DNA from: Eledone cirrhosa
Lineage: Eukaryota
Direction of reading: 5' to 3'
Length of the DNA stretch: 64,000 bases
Assembly: GCA_964016885.1 (NCBI GenBank)
Contig: OZ024749.1
Span: 15,190,001 to 15,254,000 of the forward strand
In this document: positions 55,382 to 64,000 of the stretch, piece after piece
Layout of the letters: each line of letters opens with the position of its first letter
Position numbering within the stretch: the stretch's first letter is position 1
Position numbers and translations under genes: made by a program
The notes under the pieces: model-generated
Told to the model about the DNA's origin: nothing
The model's database searches: none
What the model saw: the letters and a program-made list of their open reading frames with translations, nothing else

Positions 55382-55616
55382 GCAACAGCAGCAACAACAA
55401 CAACAACAACAGCAACAGCAACCACAACAACAACAACAACTACAACAACAACAACAACTACAACAGCCACAACAACCACAACAACCACAACAACCGCAAC
55501 AACAACAACCACAACCACAACAACCACAACCACAACAACCACAACAACCACAACAACAACCACAACTACAACAGCCACAACAACTACAACAACAGCCACA
55601 ACAACTACAACAACAA
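54785..55616. repeat. (CTA)/(CCA)/(CAA) trinucleotide low-complexity tracts
   Basis: Direct reading. Confidence 0.9.
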
Positions 55617-55859
55617 TTCCATCATCCATTAACCATCTCTGGCAATGTCTTCTCTCTGTAGACATCAATACACAAACCTATTCCCCTAACCAAACATCAA
55701 CTATATTGGTATCCCTTACATTTAAAAGGACTCTTAAAAGTCCTGACTTCTTTACCCTGTTTTACTTAAGTCCCTTTACCTTAACCCTTTAGCATTAAAA
55801 CTGGTCAAACCAGCCACAACTGGCTGCTCATACTGATGTTAAGGTATTGTTCTCAAAAT

Positions 55860-56060
55860 AAATAATAAATAATTGTTTCTACTTTTTGGCACAAGGCCAG
55901 CAATTACCCAGTGCATTACTGGTACTTTATTTTATCGACCCCGTAAGGATGAAAGGCAAAGTCAACCTCGGTGGGATTTGAACTCAGATCGTAAAGGGAC
56001 GTAACTATGCTGGAAAGCATGGCGTCCGACCCTCTACCGATACTGCCAATCCACCGCCTT
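55860..56060 (-). mobile_element. SINE family B
   Basis: Reverse complement of 5528-5722 with head AAGGCGGTGGATTGGCAGTATCGGTAGAG. Confidence 0.82.
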
Positions 56061-56434
56061 TAAGAGTTAATAATGAAACAAATAAGAACTTTAGTATATC
56101 TTTCCACACATTAAGACATGTGCACACACACATACATACACTCTCACACACCACCCACACATTCAGACGTGCACACACACACATACATATTCTGTGAGCT
56201 AATTTAGAGAGTTACAGTGTTTTGTAAAGAGATACAGATATCTATATGGCCTCAGTGGAGTTTGAACTCATGACCCAGGAGCTGAAAGAACAATGACAGC
56301 TGGCAACAAACTGTTAGGGATATATCTTTTACAAATAACCAGAAAATATGAACGCAAATATTGAAGTACAAGGAAAACAATAGACTATGTTAAACTTTTG
56401 GATAGCAGTGCTAAGATCAGATGTTACCACCAAC

Positions 56435-58010
56435 ATTCAGACACATTAACACATACACACACATATATACATTCAGATACACACTCACACACACATATAT
56501 ACATTCAGCTACACACTCACACATACACACACATATATACATTCAGATACAGACTCACACATACACACACATATATACATTCAGATACAGACTCACACAT
56601 ACACATATATATATACATTCAGATACACACTCACACACACATATATACATTCAGATACACACATACACACACATATATACATTCAGATACACACTCACAC
56701 ATACACATACATATATACATTCAGATACACACTCACACATACACACACATATATACATTCAGATACAGACTCACACATACACATACATATATACATTCAG
56801 ATACACACTCACACACACATATATATACATTCAGATACACACTCACACATACACACACATATATACATTCAGCTACACACTCACACATACACACACATAT
56901 ATACATTCAGATACAGACTCACACATACACATACATATATACATTCAGATACACACTCACACACACATATATACATTCAGATACACACTCACACATACAC
57001 ACACATATATACATTCAGATACAGACTCACACATACACACACATATATACATTCAGATACAGACTCACACATACACATACATATATACATTCAGATACAT
57101 ACTCACACATACACACACATATATACATTCAGATACAGACTCACACATACACACACATATATACATTGAGATACACACTCACACATACACATACATATAT
57201 ACATTCAGATACACACTCACACACACATATATACATTCAGATACACACTCACACATACACACACATATATACATTCAGCTACACACTCACACATACACAC
57301 ACATATATACATTCAGATACAGACTCACACATACACATACATATATACATTCAGATACAGACTCACACATACACATACATATATACATTCAGATACACAC
57401 TCACACATACACACACATATATACATTCAGATACACACTCACACATACACATACATATATACATTCAGATACACACACATATATACATTCAGATACACAC
57501 TCACACATACACACACATATATACATTCAGATACAGACTCACACATACACATACATATATACATTCAGATACACACACATATATACATTCAGATACACAC
57601 TCACACATACACACACATATATACATTCAGCTACACACTCACACATACACATACATATATACATTCAGATTCACACATACACATACATATACATATATAC
57701 ATTCAGATACACACTCACACATACACATACATATATACATTCAGATACACACTCACACATACACATACATATATACATTCAGATACACACTCACACATAC
57801 ACACACATATATACATTCAGATACACACTCACACATACACACACATATATACATTCAGATACAGACTCACACATACACATTCAGATACACACTCACACAT
57901 ATATATATACATTCAGATACACTCACACATGCACATACATATATACATTCAGACTCACACATACACACACATATATACATTCAGATACACACTCACACAC
58001 ATATATTCAA
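56435..58010. repeat. 38/32-bp minisatellite (ATATATACATTCAGATACASACTCACACATACACAYAC)n
   Basis: TTCAGATAC recurs every 38 or 32 bp. Confidence 0.92.
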
Positions 58011-58456
58011 AAACACATACACACATATGCACTTAAAGATACACACATATACATGCATACACACTCAAAGACACACACACATTCACACAGACACATGCAT
58101 ACACACTCAAAGAAACACACACACACATTTCATACACTCAGACACACACACACACATACATACACACATATTCACATACAGATGAATACAAAAATATACT
58201 CACACACACAACTATAATCCCTCTCCCTTCCCCCTCTCCCATTCAACTTGTATACATATCAACATAACCTCTGTCATTAAGAAAACCTGTTAATTTCATA
58301 AAATAATTAGTTTATTAATTAGATGACCTAATTAATTGGATTCCCTTTTTCTTCGTTTACATTTTTAGTTTTCATTATTTTTCAATAAAACCATTTTTCA
58401 AATTGTGGGTTGACTAGGTTTACAAATTTATAAGAGCAACATCAATATACAAGGTA

Positions 58457-58775
58457 ATGTGTTGTTTCCTTGAGCAAGACACTTTATTTCACATTGCTCC
58501 AGTTTACTCAGCTGTAGAAATGAGATGATAGGGAGTGGGGTCCCTATCATTCCACTGCAAAGTAGTCGTGGAGGTGCCACGGCAAAAAAGCACCCAGCAC
58601 TCACTGTAAATGAGGTTGGTGTTAGGAAGGGCATCCAGCTGTAGAAATCAAGCCACAATCAGTTCCCGTATGAGCAAGGCATGGTCAGCTGACAAGGCGC
58701 TGCCCACAACAGGACAGCCCGTCTAACCCATGCTAGCGTGGAAGAACGGATGTAAAACGGTGATGATGATGATGA
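58457..58775 (+). mobile_element. SINE family A, 5'-truncated, long-tail form
   Basis: CORE-like centre plus CCCATGCTAGCGTGGAAGAACGG..(GAT)n. Confidence 0.88.
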
Positions 58776-58807
58776 TATAACTGGATAGTCTTGTCCTGTC
58801 TTACTGC

Positions 58808-59841
58808 TGGTGGTGGTGGCTATGTTGGAGTGATGGTGGTGGTGGTGGTGGTGGTGGTGGTGGTGGTGGTGGTGGTGATGATGATGGTGGTGGTTGTGGT
58901 GGTGGTGGTAGTTGCTGTTGTGGTTGTAGTGGTGATGATGATTGCGGTTGGTGGTTGTTGAGGTGGTGGTGGTAGAGGTGATGATGATAGTGATGGTGGT
59001 TGTTATTGTGGTGGTAGTTGTGGTGATGATGATGGTGCTGATTGTTGTTATGATGATGATGATGATTGTGGTGGTGGTTGTTGTGGTGGTGGTGGTGGTA
59101 GAGGTGATGATGGTGGTGATGGTTGTGGTAGAGGGGTGATGATAATGGTGGTGGTGGTTGTTGTTGTTGTGGTGGTGGTGGTGATGGTGGCAGTGGTGAT
59201 GTTAGTGGTAGTGATGGTGTTGTGGTGGTGGTAGTAGTGGTGGTGTTGGTGTTTGGGGGGGGGGGGCACTAGAATTATTGGATCAAAAGTTCAAATCTTG
59301 AGCAAAATGTCTTTATTCTACACAACTAACACCACAATCTCCACTATAAAAGAACCACCACTACTACTACCAGCGCTACAACCACCACAACAGCCATAAC
59401 CACAACAACCACCATCACTACCACCACTGCTACCACCACAACAATTACCTCCACTACCACTGTAACCACCACATCCACCACTACTATCTGCACTACCACA
59501 ACCACAACCACTGTTACGACCACAACTATCAAAACTACCATCACAATCACTACTACCACCACAACCACCACCACTACGACCACTACTATCACAACAATCA
59601 CCATTACTACTACAACTACCACTACCACAACTACTACCACAATAATCACCACTACTACTACCATCACTACCACCACAGCCACTACTACCACCACGACTAC
59701 TACGACAATAATCACCACTACTACCACTACAATCACCACCACAACAACCACTGCTACTACCACCACCACCACCACCACTACCACCACCACCACCACCACC
59801 ACCACTACCACCACCACCACCACCACCACTACCACCACCAC
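58808..59841. repeat. (TGG)n then (CCA)n degenerate trinucleotide tracts
   Basis: Direct reading. Confidence 0.9.
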
Positions 59842-59917
59842 AAGTTTACATTGAATGTAGAATTAGAAGACAGCGATGAATATTTGACCTTTATAGTGGA
59901 GAGAGAAACACACACAC

Positions 59918-60028
<111 letters not shown>

Positions 60029-60095
60029 TTATATATATATATATATACACACACACACATTATATATATATATATATGTATACACACACACACAC

Positions 60096-60129
<34 letters not shown>

Positions 60130-60130
60130 T

Positions 60131-60168
<38 letters not shown>

Positions 60169-60237
60169 TTATATATATATATATATATATATGTATACAC
60201 ACACATTATATATATATATATATATACACACACACAT

Positions 60238-60314
<77 letters not shown>

Positions 60315-60315
60315 T

Positions 60316-60349
<34 letters not shown>

Positions 60350-60499
60350 TTATATATATATATATATACACACACAAACATGTATGCATATATATATATA
60401 TATATATAGAAACAATGTTCATCAGATGGTGTGGGCAGGGTAGAGAGGATGCATGAATGAGTGACAGAGAGGGTGAGGGGTAAAGAGAAGAGAGAAGTG

Positions 60500-60644
<145 letters not shown>

Positions 60645-61066
60645 GTGAGAGTTCATTAAAACATTACTAGCATCTCAACTATAATGCCATTTGGATGAGT
60701 ACCATTGAACAAGTCAAACAGAATTTCATAATGTCTGATGGAACTTTCTGGATTTTGTGTGGCAGATTGTGGTGAGGGGGGGGGGGTAGTGTGGTGAGGG
60801 GGGGGGTAGTGTAGTGGGGGGAGGGTGGTGGTAGTGGTAGGGGGCAGTAGGTGTCAGTGGAGTGAGGGTGGTGGTGGTGGTGGTAGGTGTGAATTGGTTG
60901 TGGGGGTGACGGTGGTGTAGGTGTGTGTGTGGAGACGAGAATAAGAAGAGATGAAGGCATCCATCTCCTGCACTAGCAGCATTGCAGTGTTTGTTTCAAT
61001 AACAAACACACATACACACACATATATATATGTGTGTGTATGTACATATATATATATATATATAAT

Positions 61067-61590
61067 GTCAGGTCGCACTTGAGTGCTACTGGTAACATGT
61101 AACCCAGTACAACCTGTCTCATGGTCAGATCGTCGGCTACTAAACCGGCCACCCCACCGAGCTAGCTTGGTGAGGAGGGTGATATTTGGACACTCTGCGG
61201 GATGAAATACAAGACCCGGAAAAGGGCGGAGCAACTCAGCAGAGTTAAGGGCCATCCAAATAGTACTTTTTTTTTTCCACCTGGGAGTGGAAGGCCCCCA
61301 GTTGTTGTCACAACACCTTTCTAGGAGAGGGAAACTCTGAAGAAAACAACTGCGGCTTTGGAAGCATCCGATGATGTTGACCTGTTCTCCTTTTTGGGTA
61401 GTGTTTTCGATGCTCAGAGAGTGGGATTAGTCGAGTGCAAGGCCTTTCCCCACTTAAAACACCTTCAAAGCATAGGCATTGCTTGTTCAGGATATGTTAC
61501 AGGTTCGTGTGGCTGGCCGTAGCCTAAAAGTGCACCAAACTCTATACTTTGACAAGGGATTGCAGTACTCTGCTAAGAGTTTGCAGCCAT
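61067..61590 (+). mobile_element. Diverged member of repeat family C
   Basis: GTGCTACTGGTAACATGTA.CCCAGTACAACCTGTCTCATGGTC shared with 30875-30925 (-); CTAGGAGAGGGAAACTCTGA; ends GCAGCCATATA. Confidence 0.65.
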
Positions 61591-61677
61591 ATATACATAC
61601 ACGCTCACTATCTCCCCCACCCCCAATTTTCTTACAATTCCGCCCTACCCGCCCCTTTAATCGTTCCAATTTCTCAT

Positions 61678-61713
61678 TCTTCTGATGAAGGATTAGCGTC
61701 CAAAACATTAAGA
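61678..61713 (+). ncRNA. Decayed minimal hammerhead
   Basis: UCUU-CUGAUGA-AGGA-UUAGCG-UCC-AAAAC-AUU-AAGA; two G-to-A changes from GAAACGUU at CpG sites. Confidence 0.5.
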
Positions 61714-61798
61714 CCCTCTTCCTACTATCTCAGGCGTTAAACTAATATATCCCTTCCATATACTGTACCGTTTGTGTTGTTATTTCTGCTTACCTTTT

Positions 61799-61855
<57 letters not shown>

Positions 61856-62147
61856 CACACGCATATCAGATCTATCCACATCTGACATCGTAGAGCAGAT
61901 TTGGCTTTGCTGAAACACTGACCAAATTAAACTAATCTAAAGTAATTTTTCAGAAGTGGGTCTTGGCAAAAAAAAACAAACCTTAAAATTTTTGATCTAT
62001 GGGTTAATTTAAGTGGGACCAACTGTTTCCAATGTTCAGCAGCATCTGTTTGGTGGCCAGTCAGAATCATTTCATATCACACATTCACTCCACCAAGGGT
62101 GTTCCATCCTCTTTCTTTTTGATATCACACTTCATAACTATGGTCTT

Positions 62148-62720
62148 GCTAAGCCAGCTAGTGTCCTTCCTTTTGATAACTGGACTCAAAATGACCTTGA
62201 CATTGCTAAGTGAGCAAGCAACATTGCTTTTGATAGCTTGGCTTAGAATGACCTTGAACCTGCTAAGTGAGCAGGGTCAGGGTCATTCTACCTTGCCCTT
62301 AATTGTTTGGCCCAAAATGAAACTGACATTGCTAAACCAACTAGTGACCTTGTCCTTGGTAGCTCAACTTAGAATAACCATCACCTTCTAAGTCAGTATA
62401 TGTATTTGTCTTTGATAGCTCAGTTTAGAATGACCATGACCTAGCTAAGCCAGTTACTGTCCTTGTTTTTGATAGCTTGGCTCAAAGTGAATTTACCTTC
62501 TTAGCCACTATTTGATTTTCCCCTTAATAGCAACCTTGCCCTTGACAGCATGGCTCACAGTGACCTTGCTTTGTAAGCCAAGGTTAGTTTAACCTTGCTC
62601 TCAGAACTACAACTCAGTGACATTGTACTTCAAAGCTTAGGTCACAATAACCTTGCCCTTGATAGGCCTAGGTCACAGTGACATTGGCAATGATAGCCAA
62701 GGTTGTAATGACCTTTCCCT
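62148..62720. repeat. Old degenerate ~57-bp tandem repeat
   Basis: GCTAA recurs at 62148, 62205, 62262, 62331, ~62388, 62443 with TTTGATAGCT and TGACCTTG at constant offsets. Confidence 0.7.
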
Positions 62721-62859
62721 TGCAACCCCTGGGGGATAATGAACATCTAACTTTATATTGATCAACTAACAGATACAGTTGTTGTTGTAACTGGTAGATC
62801 AGCATTGAACTAAGTCTAACATAAACTGAGAAACCACACTCACATACACACTTGAATAT

Positions 62860-63696
62860 ATACACACACACAGGCATATACATACACACACACAGGCATA
62901 TACATACACACACAGGCATATACATACACACACAGGCATATACATACACACACACAGAGGTATATATATATATATATATATATATACACGGGAATAAACA
63001 CATACACAGGCATAAACATACATACACAGGCATAAACATATATACACAGGCATAAACATATATATACAGGCATAAACATACATACACAGGCATAAACATA
63101 TATACACAGGCATAAACATACATACACAGGCATAAACATACATATACAGGCATAAACATACATACACAGGCATAAACATACATACACAGGCATATACATA
63201 CATACACAGGCATATACATACATACACAGGCATATACATACATACACAGGCATAAACATATATACACAGGCATAAACATATATACACAGGCATAAACATA
63301 CATATACAGGCATATACATACATATACAGGTATATATATACACACACACACAAGCAGGGAAAAGCGGACGTAAAATGATGATGATGATTATATATATATA
63401 TATACGGGCATAAACACACACACAGGCATATACAGACATATACAGGCATATACAGACACAGACATATACATACACAGGCATATATAAACATACACAGGCA
63501 TAAACATATATACACAAACATATACATACATACACAGGCATATATAAACATACACAGGCATATACAGACATATACACACGTATACATACATACACAGGCA
63601 TACAAATATATACACAGGCATATACATACATACACAGGCATATACATACAGACATATACACACATATACATACATACATACACAGGCATAAACATA
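62860..63696. repeat. 20-bp minisatellite (CACAGGCATAWACATAYATA)n
   Basis: Direct reading. Confidence 0.9.
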
Positions 63697-64000
63697 TATC
63701 ATCATTTTTCATCATCATTTTACGTCCACTTTTTCCCTGCTTGCAAGGGTGGGACGGGAACTGATTCTGGCTTGATTTCTACAGCTGGATGCCCTTCCTA
63801 ACACCAACCTCATTTACAGTGAGTGCTGGGTGCTTTTTTGCCGTGGCACCTCCACGACCACTTTGCAGTGGAGTGATATGGACCCCAGTCCCTATCATCT
63901 CATTTCTACAGCTGAGTAAACTGGAGCAATGTGAAATAAAGTGTCTTGCTCAAGGAAACAACACATCACCTGGTCTGAGAATTGAACTCACAACCTTTCG
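63697..64000 (-). mobile_element. SINE family A, short-tail form (runs off the window)
   Basis: Reverse complement of the 14296 copy. Confidence 0.9.

Noticed and set aside
55781-55860. piggyBac-like MITE ends (TTAACCCTTT; also 13667 and ~6611)
   Set aside because: No matching opposite terminus found.
56398-58217. ~600-aa HT/YI ORFs
   Set aside because: 38/32-bp unit is not a multiple of 3; satellite translation.
60660-60770. Possible host exons in short unique islands (also ~20410-20520, 40960-41120, 56200-56430)
   Set aside because: No recognisable protein motif or convincing splice-site pair; needs RNA-seq.

Overview
AT-rich, repeat-saturated eukaryotic DNA with no recognisable host gene. 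The SINE/LINE complement and the huge (TA)n arrays suggest a coleoid cephalopod such as octopus (inference). Almost all long ORFs in the track are translations of micro- or minisatellites. The real coding content is retroelement-derived. It comprises an apparently intact 1210-aa Penelope-like element (PLE; RT plus C-terminal GIY-YIG) in a partial-tandem plus inverted arrangement (42883-48782), a dead truncated/inverted copy of the same family (32862-36172), a Hydra-clade-like PLE (about 22770-25670), two decayed RTE LINEs with a PHD-like Zn finger, and R4-like, RTE and hAT fragments. There are also two tRNA-derived SINE families, one sharing its 3' half with the RTE 3'UTR, and many hammerhead-ribozyme (HHR) bearing pLTR remnants, several as long fold-backs. 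The most notable signal is at the inversion junctions of both copies of the large PLE, where the cDNA end consists of tandem reiterations of a short element-derived template (11 x 18 bp, and about 1.7 x 10 bp) bounded by short direct repeats. The RT of this family also has a roughly 70-aa insertion between motifs A and B'. Together these are suggestive of telomerase-like repeat addition by a PLE RT, but this is a hypothesis.
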